Origin: Octopus sinensis
Lineage: Eukaryota
DNA length: 64,000 nucleotides
Assembly (NCBI RefSeq): GCF_006345805.1
Contig: NC_043004.1
Span: 30,938,001-31,002,000 of the forward strand
Direction: 5' to 3'
Of the stretch, positions 1 through 11,220 are shown in pieces. Numbering within the stretch: position 1 is the stretch's first letter; each line of letters starts with the position of its first letter. A program made the translations under genes and the position numbers. The notes beneath the pieces are model-generated. The model saw nothing but the letters and a program-made list of their open reading frames with translations, had not been told where the DNA came from and made no database searches.

Positions 1-6
1 ATATCA

Positions 7-221
7 AGGCAGTGAGCTGGCAGAATTATTACCACACTTGGCAAATTGTGTAACAGCATTTTGTCTGCCTTTACACTCTGAGCTCAAATGCCACCAAGGT
101 CAACTTTGCCTTTCATCCTTTCAGGGTTGATAAAATAAGTACCAGATGAACACTGGTGTTTGATGTAATCGATTTAACCCCCTCCCCTGAAATTGCAGGC
201 CTTGTGCCAAAATTTGAAACC
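7..221 (+). mobile_element. tRNA-derived SINE, family A (Nin/Deu-like central domain)
   Basis: Head GGCAGTGAGCTGGCAGAA, B-box-like GAGCTCAAATGCC, then GGTCAACTTTGCCTTTCATCCTTTCAGGGTTGATAAAATAAGTACCAG; more than 10 copies in the window. Confidence 0.85.
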
Positions 222-250
222 AGTGACAAGGAAAACTTGTTAAGCCTTTT

Positions 251-550
251 GTTACCATATTTTCATTTAAATACACTGGCTTTATTTCAATTAATTTTGA
301 AATTAACAAAGAACTTGGTAAATTAACCTTTTCATGATTCTGCTGTTATTTCAAGCATAATTAACATGAAATTTTGATGGAAGGTGATAATTTAGATCAC
401 TTTCACTCCAGTGTTACCATATTTCTACTGAAATGCACTGTCTTTGTTTCAATTAATTTTGAAAATGACTAAAAATTTAATGAATTAACTGAGCTGATGT
501 CTTTAATATAAATTAACATGAAATTTTGTTGGAAGGTTGTAATTTAGATC
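251..550. repeat. Diverged ~160 bp tandem duplication resembling a piggyBac-type MITE end
   Basis: TGTTACCATATT...TTTCAATTAATTTTGAAA...AATTAACATGAAATTTTG.TGGAAGGT...AATTTAGATC occurs twice; its start resembles the terminus at 18470-18496. Confidence 0.6.
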
Positions 551-1639
551 AGAGTTTCAGTTGATCTCTTAGGTAAATGATGAGACAGAGAGGTGCCAAC
601 TAGTCTGAGAGTAGAATCGATTGTGAATAAATCAAACTGAAAAATCTATGAATTTAAGTTCACATCACTGGCATGCCATGAATATAACAACATGAGATAT
701 TTGTTAAATATGTTTTCCCTGACTGTCTAGCTAGTTCAGTAGTTATGTAAGAAGGTAGTTAGGTCAGCTAAGTAGGTGAATAAGTAGACTGAATTTGTGT
801 TATGTGATACTGAAGAGGCTGTTGGACAACTCTTCAGATATTTCCATTGTCATAGAAATCACTGTCAGGTATTCCAGTCACTATATTCTGAGTCAATTAT
901 CAAGTATTGACTCAATGTCTGGTTGAAATCCATCAATCATTATTTTCTCTTGATAATAATGATGAGTTAACAAGCAATTAAAAGATTGTAGTTAGAATTA
1001 ATCCATTCACCAAAAGTTCTGTTAATAGAAATTTTCAAGAAAACCTGCTAAGAAGTTAGATTCTTAATTATATGTATTGTATATTAATATATTATATATA
1101 TTATCGATATAAACTATATATATTAATATATATATATGTATATATTAACTATATACACTAATCATTTGTTTCCTTGTTTTATGCATTACTTCCAGGTCAG
1201 TTGGTTCTGCTTTTGCTTAGTTTGTTTGTTTTTTTCTTTTAGCAATCAATTATTTCCAAATATAAATTAAAGATTTTCTGATGAAGTATGGTGAGGATGT
1301 CTATTGTGTTTTTGTTTCAGTTTTGGGTTTGTTCTTTCTACAGCAAATAATTGATTCATGTATTGAATATTTGGTGTTCCATTCAATGCTGCTGTTTTCT
1401 AATATCTGGATTAGTAAAATTATTGAACCAATTACAATATTAACCCAAGAATTGAGCCAAGAATTAAAGCTATTTCTTTACCATCTTTTGACCAAGTATA
1501 AAGAAGCTAAAGGATTGCATTAAATATATTCTCTAGAATCTTTAAAAAGAATGAGAACACATGTTTTATGTCTAAAATATAGGACAATGAAGAACTTGGA
1601 GAAATCAGCAGTATATGATATGTGTTTACAACATCCACC

Positions 1640-1760
1640 CTCACAGCTATTTAAGATCGCCAAAGTAACAGAGACTGTCAGCTGCTTCTAGTGAGAATTC
1701 TGAGTAATTGAAAAGTAGTATTTCATAGCTGCCTTTACTCTGCGTCTGTTACACACAAAG
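1640..1760 (-). pseudogene. Small RTE-type RT fragment
   Basis: Minus strand reads EAADSLCYFGDL...GGC, resembling the RTE motif VDSFCYLGD...GGC; stops present. Confidence 0.4.
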
Positions 1761-1969
1761 TCCATTTTCTTTGGAATTCTGAGAATTAGGATAGGATCCA
1801 CCATCACAACAACTACCACCATTATCATCTACAGGTATTTAGGTGAAACTGACTAGAAACAACACACAGAAATGAAGGAGAAAATTTGAAAAGGGTCCAT
1901 CAGGTTGACACTATAAGTCAAAATAAGATAATAGGCATAAACACACCAGCTGTCCCTGTCATAAAATGG

Positions 1970-2130
1970 AAGGCTTTATGGTAAGAGGCTTGCTTACCAA
2001 CCACATGGTTCTGAGTTCTGTCTCACCACATGGCACCTTGGGCAAGTGTCTTCTACAATTACCTCAGGCCAACAAAAGCCTTGTGAGTGGATTTGGTTGA
2101 TGAAAGAAGCTTATTGTGTGTATGTGTGTG

Positions 2131-2192
<62 letters not shown>

Positions 2193-2412
2193 TTTGTGTC
2201 TGTGTTTGTTACCCATCACCACTTGACAACCAGTGTTGGCGTGTTTATGTCCCCATACCTTAGTAGTTCAGCAAAAGAGATTGATAGAATAAGTACCAGG
2301 CTAAAAAAAGGAGGTAATTGAGTCAATTCATTTGATTATATATTCCTCAAGAAAGAGTCCCAGCATGGCTGCAGTCTAATGACTGAAACAAGTAAAAGTA
2401 AAATGATAAAAG
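1970..2412 (+). mobile_element. tRNA-derived SINE, family B (CORE-like), with internal (GT)n
   Basis: GCTTGCTTACCAACCACATGGTT...GGCACCTTGGGCAAGTGTCTTCTAC...GCCTTGTGAGTGGATTTGG, internal (GT)n, 3' end CCAGCATGGCTGCAGTC...GACTGAAACAAGTAAAAG. Confidence 0.85.
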
Positions 2413-2629
2413 GTAAGTCTCTACAGATTTTATAGCCAAGGTGACAAGTAGGAGACATAAGGGTAGATCATAAGCAAAATGGTTGGATAATACCCTTATG
2501 TCTGTTGGTTTTACCTGGGATTTAGCTGGATCAATTGGTGGTGGGTCGTTCTAATAGGTCTATCAGGGAGATATATCTAAGAACTCTGACAACATGACTC
2601 TTACAGGAAAAGTAGACCATAAGGTAAAT

Positions 2630-2945
2630 GAGTAAATGGGTGGATGGTTGGGTGGCCAGATGGATAGAGAGATGGATAAAGGATGGGTAGACGGATAAAT
2701 GAATGAAAGAATGAATGGATGGATGGTGAATGGACGGATAGATGGATGGATGGATGATGGATGGATGGATGGATGGATGGATGGATGGATGGATGGATGG
2801 ATGGATGGAGAGGTGAGTCAATGGATATATCATTGGATGGGTGTATGGTTGGACAAATAGACAGAGAGTTGGGTGCATGAACAGGTGGATGAATGAATGG
2901 ATAAATGGATGGCTGGGTGAAATGATGGATGGATGGAATCTAAGT
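2630..2945. repeat. (GGAT)n microsatellite
   Basis: Long degenerate GGAT/GAAT array; explains ORF 2531-2980. Confidence 0.95.
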
Positions 2946-3499
2946 GAACTAAAGGAGTTAAATAATAAAAAGAAAAGCATGAAAACTAGACACTATATTC
3001 TATCTGAACCTATGCTCCTAAAGCCGATATCAATAGGCTTTACTTAACATGTACACACACATACACACACAACACACACACATCCATACCCACATATCTA
3101 CACCAACATGCACATACACACTCACATACACACACATGCAAATACATACAGATACACACACATACACATGCACACATACATACATATAAATGCATGAATA
3201 CACATGCACATATTCACACATACATACACATACACAGAGCAACGACAGTTTGTAATAAATGATAAGCTATTACAAAGTAACTACAATGGATTAAGAACAA
3301 TATTTAGAAGTAAAGTAAATGTAGACTGATTAATGTAATATGATAACATGGCTAAAATAAAAAGCTTTTCTTTGTATGTAATTCAAAGCTAAGGTAAAAA
3401 TAAACTGAAGGTTAAAGGTTTAGAGAAAGACAAAATGGAAGAAGATGATGTAAAAAAAACTTAGTTAAAATCAAAATTGAACTCAAGAAATAATGAAAA

Positions 3500-3680
3500 A
3501 CTGATGATGTTTTGTCAATATCTTACAAGACTGGACAGAGATGAAATGATCCAGAATATAGTTTAACAATGACTCAAAAGCTCTGGTCTAAACATAGAAA
3601 CTGAAAATCTAATTTTAGCTGAATAAGATCAATGTTTAGCTATTAAAATATGATAAAACAAAAGATCGTTATTGATTGTA
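3500..3680 (+). pseudogene. Decayed R4/Dong-like LINE fragment (post-RT region)
   Basis: Reads approximately QxLKSSGLNIETENLILAExDQCL, matching the R4-clade pattern WLxxxGLKxETEGxIxAAQDQxL. Confidence 0.55.
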
Positions 3681-3821
3681 GACTATAGAATCAATATAGA
3701 TATATAAAAAAGACAGTTAAATATAGAATATATCTCCAGTCTTGATTGGATAGGTCAATGAAAATAAATGGCAATGGGAAATATATGGTAGAAATGTGTT
3801 ACTAAGTCAATATGTGCCAAA

Positions 3822-3950
3822 GTTTTAGCTATGATTATCTGATGACAATATCATAGCTATGGCATATTCTGTGCTGATGTCATAGCTATTATATATTTTG
3901 TACTAATGTCATAGCTATGACATATTCTGCCAATGTTATAGCTATAATAT
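3822..3950. repeat. ~30 bp minisatellite, 4-5 units
   Basis: Recurring (A)TGTCATAGCTATGACATATTCTG-like unit. Confidence 0.75.
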
Positions 3951-4859
3951 ACCCACATTTCTATATTATAAGTACATATATACATATAGAGGATTTGAGG
4001 AGTTTTTGTCAAACATGACTCAAACTAATAGGTGTGCATTCTGAATGCTGAAATAGGTGTGCCACCAGTATTTGCACAACTTTGGATCTACAAGCATTCA
4101 TTTTCATTAACCCTCAATATGGAGTTCTGCATAAGAATTCTTTCCTTCTTCTCACCATAGTGTATCACTTAACCAGTCTTTCTGATCACGGATTTACCTA
4201 AAGAAGACCCTATCCAATTGGATTTAATTAGACGCTCCCACCTTCCTGGACATAATGAACCACAACAAACACCATTGATGAGGAACATTTTTCTACTGTC
4301 TAATCTATATTTCTCCGATGACGGAAAACCCAACTTACAGAGTCTTCCCTTGATACAATGTTTCAATAGCTAGGATATCCCAGAAACAGCTGTTGAGACT
4401 ATCTTTACCATTCTTTACTATTTTCACCACTCGTTATTTAGTTAAATTTTAGATCGAATTAAATGAGTTTAAATGTCCTTGTCCTGCATTGTCTAATTGT
4501 TTACCTTTCACTACTACTTTAACCTATACATATATACATACATACATGATGGCTGTCAACTCATTAGACAAGCATGACCATTGCTGACAGGTTAACTTAT
4601 AACAGATTATTTCTGTGAATGTGAAATCAGTTGTGACTTTCGAAACCAGTGAGAGACTTACAGAGTTTGCCACAAAGACAGCAAATCTGTGTTATTAGTC
4701 TGATGGTTAGGCCTCTCAGGTGGAAGATTATTATGGATTTTCAATTGTTCCTCAGTCCAGAGTGGCGCTTGCAGACTTTGCTGCATACATCACATGTAAG
4801 TGGATCTGCAATAACAAATTGAACATAATCTATTGGTGAGTTGTCTATGTGGCTGATGA

Positions 4860-5310
4860 GGTGGCATCAAAACAACTGTCAAGTGTGAATATAACAGGCC
4901 AGATACTGTTGTGTGGGGCAAACAAGAAATATTATGTATCACTGTATAAGTCAGCTGCCCTGATGATGTGAATGTCTCTTCCAAAATCAAAAAGAATGAA
5001 AATAACTCTGGACAACCGTTTCGAAACCTCCAGCTTTATACCCAGATTATGAATTTATATTTATACCAATAACAATTGGTACACTTGGTTTTGTGAGTAA
5101 ATATTTAAGTGACAATCTAAATAAGGAAGGATTTTCAGAAAAAGAAATCAACCAACTTGTTCATTACAAATGCAATCTGTAAGTGGAAGAGTGAAAATAT
5201 GCAAGAATTTTCTCAAGTTTAAAATGTGACATTGTTTTAGTTAACTACATTCCAATGATGGAGCTTTGTGTCATTGTTAGAAACCAGCTCTTCCGTAATT
5301 TCAAATAATT
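4860..5310 (+). mobile_element. Old R4-like LINE 3' fragment (restriction-like endonuclease plus 3'UTR)
   Basis: KTTVKCEYNRPDTVVWG...VSCPDDVNV...YPDYEFIFIPITIGTLG...KICKNFLKFKM*, homologous to 14590-14940 and 52600-52955; 3'UTR TTCCAATGATGGAGC...TTAGAAACCAGCTC. Confidence 0.8.
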
Positions 5311-5601
5311 GAAAACAGAAGAGAACAGCACTTTCTTCCTTTATCAGATTTATCAAAAAATGGTTCTTTCTTGGCCTTTTTATATATAAGAAATCTAAGT
5401 TTAAGCCACTTTTTATATATAAGAAATCTATGTTTAAACCACTTTTTGATAAATCTGATAATGGAAGAAAGTGCTAAAATTGTAAATAAAATTTAAATAA
5501 ATAAAAAATATATATTTATATATAATCATACAACATTCTGACTATCTTATTATTCTAAATACGCAATATCTGTACATCACATCAAAAACTCTCTCTCTCT
5601 T

Positions 5602-5649
<48 letters not shown>

Positions 5650-5652
<3 letters not shown>

Positions 5653-6055
5653 CAAATAAGAAAATGGAGAAACAATTTTGTTGGTTCATCAGCTTTAGGA
5701 TATTAGAATGTTGACTTATTTATTTATTTAACAAAAACGAGAACCATAATAACATACATATATACATTAAAATTCAATACATATAAGATAAGAATATAAT
5801 TATAAAAATCTTAATATAAATTATTGAAATCATTAAAATCACTCTTACAGCTGTTTCAGCCTATAGAAAAAAGTAGTTTTTCAGTGCCTATAGTTGTCAA
5901 TTATATTGAGGTTGTAGACATTTAAAAATAGGGTACTTATATATAACCATAGGTCTCATCAGAGATTATAAAGAACTTTCAAAGTATAAATACATGAAAC
6001 AGGATACATGTACAATTCAATATATATAAATATAAACATATATCCATATACACAT

Positions 6056-6060
<5 letters not shown>
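5650..6060 (-). mobile_element. Non-coding Penelope-like (pLTR-type) element between (TA)n tracts
   Basis: Flanked by (TA)n on both sides; carries a hammerhead motif at 5841-5967. Confidence 0.6.
5841..5967 (-). ncRNA. Type I hammerhead ribozyme motif with long loop II
   Basis: Minus strand TCT-CTGATGA-GACCTAT-[84 nt]-ATAGGCT-GAA-ACAGCTGT-A-AGA; palindromic stem III ACAGCTGT; stem I only 3 bp. Confidence 0.7.
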
Positions 6061-6096
<36 letters not shown>

Positions 6097-6456
6097 AGTA
6101 AATTATATAACCTTTACATGTGTATAAATACATAAATAAGCACAATTAAACAATAGGTCCAAGCAAATAGATCATTCATCATATACATACATATACATAT
6201 ATACTGGAACATATACATATGTCCATGCTCATGATTACACGAACAATATTTAATTATTACTATTATTATTATTATATTATTATTATTATTATTATTATTA
6301 CATTTATCAATAATAACAATATTATTAGATTTAGAGTAATCTTCACTTCACAATACATATTATAGTAGATTCTGATATATCATATATTACGATACAATAT
6401 AAACAATTCGTTACGGTAGATTTAATTTCATAAATTTTAAAACCACAATCAATGCA

Positions 6457-6498
<42 letters not shown>

Positions 6499-6559
6499 AA
6501 ACGTACAGTTAGACCAAGGTTATTACAATATTGTTCTTCTTCATACACACAAGTCTATG

Positions 6560-6829
6560 CATGTGGGCAACATGTATATATATCATGTTGATTCACTAGC
6601 CTCTGCATGCATTTTTTTTCTCTCCTTGTTTCTCTCCGTGTTTCTTTTCTGTGTATCTTTCTGTTGAAGAGCATAGGCTCGAAACGTAAAAGACTTGCTT
6701 TATTTATATTCCTGAGCACCATACTAATACAATTGTTTGTTTGTATTCCACCTGCCTTCGTCTTTTGTTTATTTTCATAAAGCTTCCCGTTATATATATA
6801 TATATATTATATATATATATAACGGGAAG

Positions 6830-6835
<6 letters not shown>
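6560..6835 (+). mobile_element. Non-coding hammerhead-bearing element ending in (TA)n with an inverted terminal copy
   Basis: Hammerhead at 6656-6693, downstream TTCCTGAGC...TAATA block shared with 7545-7560, terminal inverted repeat 6777-6791/6821-6835. Confidence 0.6.
6656..6693 (+). ncRNA. Minimal type I hammerhead motif, A6U core variant
   Basis: TCTTT-CTGTTGA-A-GAGC-ATAG-GCTC-GAA-ACGT-A-AAAGA: stem I 5 bp, stem II 4 bp, loopless palindromic stem III ACGT. Confidence 0.7.
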
Positions 6836-6876
<41 letters not shown>

Positions 6877-7231
6877 CGTACAAATATACACCAATATCTA
6901 TATGAAGATGTTTTTTCTTTTCGTCACAGTGAAATTATACGTATTACCCTGGTAACTATTTATATATTTTTTCCGTGTTAATTGTTAACAAGGGAAAAAT
7001 ACACACATCTATTTTATATATATATATATATATATATATGGGCAACACACACACACACACACACACACACCAAACACATACGTACATACACCTATTGCAT
7101 ATATGTTTTTTGTATGCCCTTGCCCTGCACCCATCCCACCACCACTGTTACAAAACAACAACTGATCATTTGTAAAGGAGCATGTGTACAGTCAACACTT
7201 AGGATTTTTACTCTGGTAACTTTTTCTCTCT

Positions 7232-7330
7232 CCCATGTTCATGCGCGATCAGCTATATGTCGCAATGAGTAGAGCAACAGATTCAGCTAATTTGGAAATT
7301 AGTTGTGGAGAAACGGAAAATATTGTTTAT
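7232..7330 (+). pseudogene. Helitron RepHel PIF1-like helicase C-terminal remnant
   Basis: PMFMRDQLYVAMSRATDSANLEI...TENIVY matches the Helitron consensus PVFxHGQLYVAxSR...NIVY. Confidence 0.7.
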
Positions 7331-7355
7331 ATTGTGTGTGTGTATATATATATAT

Positions 7356-7396
<41 letters not shown>

Positions 7397-7487
7397 TGTG
7401 TGTATATATATGTGTGTGTGACTGCGTGTGTATCATTGGCGATTTTTTTCCTCCTTCTTCCCTTCCATGGATCTTTCCTTTTCCTAT

Positions 7488-7522
7488 GTTTCTGACAAAG
7501 AGCTCCGCTCAAAACATTAAAT
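7488..7522 (+). ncRNA. Decayed minimal hammerhead motif (probably inactive)
   Basis: GTTT-CTGACAA-A-GAGC-TCC-GCTC-AAA-ACAT-T-AAAT; same layout as 6656-6693 with three G>A changes, each after a C. Confidence 0.55.
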
Positions 7523-7623
7523 TCTCCTTTTTTTCTTTCCTTTCCTGAGCGTCTAATAACACTATAGTTGTTCCACGTCCTCACGTTGTTGTGTTTTCTC
7601 TTTGAGATTTCATGTTTGGATTA

Positions 7624-7654
<31 letters not shown>

Positions 7655-7816
7655 GGGCAACACACACACACGTGCACATATGTACACCTATTGCATACAT
7701 GTTTTTTTGTATGCATACATGTTCGTGTGTGTGACTGAAGGCATTCACACATACATAACAACCCCTCTGTCTCTTTTTGTCTGTCAATCACTCACTAAAG
7801 ACGAAATTTTAAAAAT

Positions 7817-8026
7817 CTGTTATCTATCACTCTCTCTCTCTCTCTCTCACACACACACTAACAAAACAACTTCTCATACACACTACACTTTCTGTGTTGC
7901 ACACCCCATGTGTGTGTGTGTGTGTGCGTGCTTGATGGGGTATGCAACACAGAACGTGTAGTGCGTATGAGAAGTTGTTTTGTTAGTGTGTGTCAAGAGA
8001 GAGAGAGAGAAAGCGATAGATAACAG
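7817..8026. repeat. Palindrome with ~90 bp arms and 27 nt loop
   Basis: 7817-7908 is the near reverse complement of 7936-8026 (CTGTTATCTATC...CCCCA / TGGGG...GATAGATAACAG). Confidence 0.9.
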
Positions 8027-8039
8027 TAACGCATTGCTA

Positions 8040-8295
8040 GAAGGGAACTTAACTCATGTTTGCCAATAATGGTGGATTTCTCCGACTTGAAAATTGTTAG
8101 AATTTATAGTTCAAAATTATTTTTACCGCTATTCGCTGGTGCCTTGGGGAAAAAATAATTTGACCAAAATACAGCTAGGATCATGACGAATGTCCTCCTA
8201 AAATTTGAGCTACATGCGTGCTAATTTGTGGATGTGCATAAATTACATTCACCTACTACACACACACACACATCCTGCCTTTTATATATATATAC
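8040..8295 (-). mobile_element. Helitron-like 5' portion
   Basis: Minus strand begins TATATATAAAGGCAGGATGTGTGTG, similar to the 5' end of the Helitron at 42248 (TCTATATAAACGGCAG..TGTCTGTG). Confidence 0.4.
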
Positions 8296-8300
8296 ATATA

Positions 8301-8453
8301 TAAGTTCAGCAGACAATTTAGATTCAAATGAATATGGTACTTAATTTAGATGCACCAGAATTTTTTTATGGTATTACCCATAAAAATATGCGGGGTGATT
8401 ATAATAAAAAATAAGCAACAAGAATGGATCCGGTAATTTAGTACAATTGTTTC
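8301..8453 (-). mobile_element. 5'-truncated copy of the 22111-22467 hammerhead element
   Basis: TAAGTTCAGC...TTAGATTCA.ATGAATATGGT...GTACAATTGTTTC aligns to 22111-22260 and stops at the hammerhead GAAA. Confidence 0.75.
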
Positions 8454-8719
8454 TTACTATATACATATATATATATATACATATATATATATACATATAT
8501 ATATATACATATATATGTGTGTGTGTGTGTGTGTGTAAGTGCATGTGTAAGTGACATACATGTATGATTAAGATAAATAGATATCTATGTATAAAAAAAT
8601 GCTAATGTTAAACAAAATCAATCTGTAGAGGGGTGCTGCAGGGAGACTGCTTGTCCCTGATCTTGATCTGTTTATCATGTTGTACCAGACAGACTAATAT
8701 AGCTGCTTTGTAGGAATTT

Positions 8720-8905
8720 CTAATATGGGCACAGGACTACAAGTAAGGAGGAAAGGTAAAATCAACTCTGATCAGTCCCATTCCTTGAGTGGCACTTTAA
8801 TTTATCAACCCCAGAGTGATAAAAAGAGAAAATAACCTCAGAGGGATTTGAACTCACAACATAAAGAGCTATAGCTAAACACTACACAATAGTTTGTCCA
8901 CAAGT
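8720..8905 (-). mobile_element. Degenerate SINE family A
   Basis: TTTATCAACCCCAGAGTGATAAAAAGAG...GGATTTGAACTC. Confidence 0.55.
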
Positions 8906-9886
8906 AAATATTGATTTTTTTTTTTTAAACATAACATAGGCAGATTTAATTCCCAGTTTTTCACAAATAGTTCTTTTATCATTTGCAGAAGGATGAAAGA
9001 AAAGTCAATGTAAGTAGGATTAGATCTTGAAACATAAAGGTTTGTAGTAACTAAGTACCACAGCAAATTTTCTCTGATGCTCTACCAGTTCTGCTAAATG
9101 TTATATCATGACCATGAATGTGAAGAAAATAAGGCAAAAAACAGAGAGATATTATTTAGCTATGGTGATTACAGTGAAAACACAAACCAATGGCTCTAGT
9201 AATTTTACCAGTTTTTCTAGTTAAAAGTCAATGTTTCCTGTCAAATAGTTTATTGTTTCTTCTCATTGAGGTCAGCTTTTCTTAGACATTATACTTAGTT
9301 TCTAACAAACAACATTAGTTGTGCATATACTTATTGTTGTTGTCATTGTTGGGTTTTTTTTTGTTGTATTTCTCTGGTAGCATATACAGTGTGTTTGCTT
9401 GGGGATGTGTATGCATGTATGCATGTCTGTATATGGATGTTTTATGTATAAATGTGTGTGCGTGTGTGCGCGTGCATGTGTGCGTGTGTGTGTGTATGTG
9501 TGTGTGTGAGACTATGAATAATGTCATAATAATTGCAAAACTGTAAGATATTTCAGATTAATGAAGATGGATGTGTTCTGGATAGAGATTGTTCTTATCC
9601 ATGGTAACATCAACTCTTTTGTGTACATACAATATTTAAAATTATCAGGGAGATGAGTTGGTAAACACAATCAACTGTCAGGTTAAAGACAATTTTATTC
9701 CTGTATGTTCTATGTACAAAACCTGCTCAGATAAATTTAACCAATCATCCTTCTTTTAATATAAATTTTTGCTTTGTGCAAAAATCAATAAGAAAAGTCT
9801 TTCTTTTCATAAATCACCAGAACCAGCATTTAGCCTGCATTAAACATTGATTACTAAAATATTAATTAGATGTTAAAAGATATTTA

Positions 9887-10127
9887 GGAGCTTCAGGGGC
9901 AGTATTAACGCTGAGAGGTAATATTTAAATGTAGATGTTCTGTTAGAACAAACTATACTGTGGTGGTTACCACAAGAGAAGCTATCATATTGGCTTTTAG
10001 TGAGACCACTAAAATATGAGAATTTCTCTCATGGTATCTTCTACAGTATAGTTTGTTCTAACAGAACATGAATGTTTAAGCAGTGATGATTATTACCTCT
10101 CAGTGCTAATACTGCCTCTGTTGCTCA
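9887..10127. mobile_element. Fold-back MITE-like element
   Basis: GGCAGTATTAACGCTGAGAGGTAAT / ATTACCTCTCAGTGCTAATACTGCC and ATGTTCTGTTAGAACAAACTATACTGT / ACAGTATAGTTTGTTCTAACAGAACAT inverted pairs; partial extra copy at 10345-10400. Confidence 0.7.
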
Positions 10128-11006
10128 CAAATATTTTTTAACAAGCTCACTGGCAACACTAGTGTCTGGGGAGATGCATCGCTGCAACCTCTAGCAGTCA
10201 AGCATACATCATTGATAAAACCAAATAAGATTGAAATCACAAGATCTGATGGTCATTGATGGTCACAGTGCTGGAGGTGGTGAGGATCTATCTCCTGACT
10301 AGTGATATAAACAAGAGTGGTTTTTGCACCAAAAGCCAGTATGCAAGTATCTCTCGTGGTAACTACTGCAGTGTAGTTTGTTCTAGCAGAACATCCATAT
10401 TTATGTTGGGATAAATATTAATTAGATGAGGAATAAAGTTATCCCTTGATAGGCTGTTAATCCATTGCAGGTAAACTGCCCAGTCAAGACTATGTCTTAT
10501 TTTTCTCAGTTAATTAACAATGATAAATAAAAACCAGTTGTCCAGAAATAAATTGGCATTGATATATAATCTACGTTTACACAGTATATTCTGTTACTAC
10601 ATAAGTACAACAGTTTTGAGGTTAAGGTGGAAGATTACTTACCACAAAGTCAAAAGTTCATGTTTTACTACAACCAAGGGCAATGTACATGATACTATTT
10701 GTTCCAGTTTGCTTGGTTAAAATAAAACAACTTCCACACTTATTTCATAGTTGAGTGGTTAGCTATAAGAAAAGCAATAACTTGAACAAGTAACAATCCA
10801 ATGTAAACAGGAAAATAATACAAATGTGAAAGAGTGAATAAGGGAAACAGAAGACACAGAGAGAGAAAGAGAGAGAGGATTTTCTTTATTACTTGTATTA
10901 TAGTAGATTTTCCCACAATTCATAGTGCTTCTAAAGTCCTCTTTCGAGAAATATTTATTAAAGACACCTTTTATATAGTACACCTATTATTGACAACATA
11001 TATAAT

Positions 11007-11038
<32 letters not shown>

Positions 11039-11220
11039 TGTATGTGTGTGTTTATGTGTGTGTATGTATGTATGTGTGTATATGTATTAAACAAAAACGG
11101 GCCATTGAACAAAATAGACATATGTCGCAATATCAAGTCCCATACAAAATAAATTCCCGATTTGTCACAGTTATTGTACTATTAGAAGATGTGTCACAAT
11201 AGCCAGATAGGAATTAGGAC

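Noticed and set aside
811-838. CTGAAGAG/CTCTTCAG hairpin containing a CTGAAGA core
   Set aside because: Simple 8 bp inverted repeat with no hammerhead topology.
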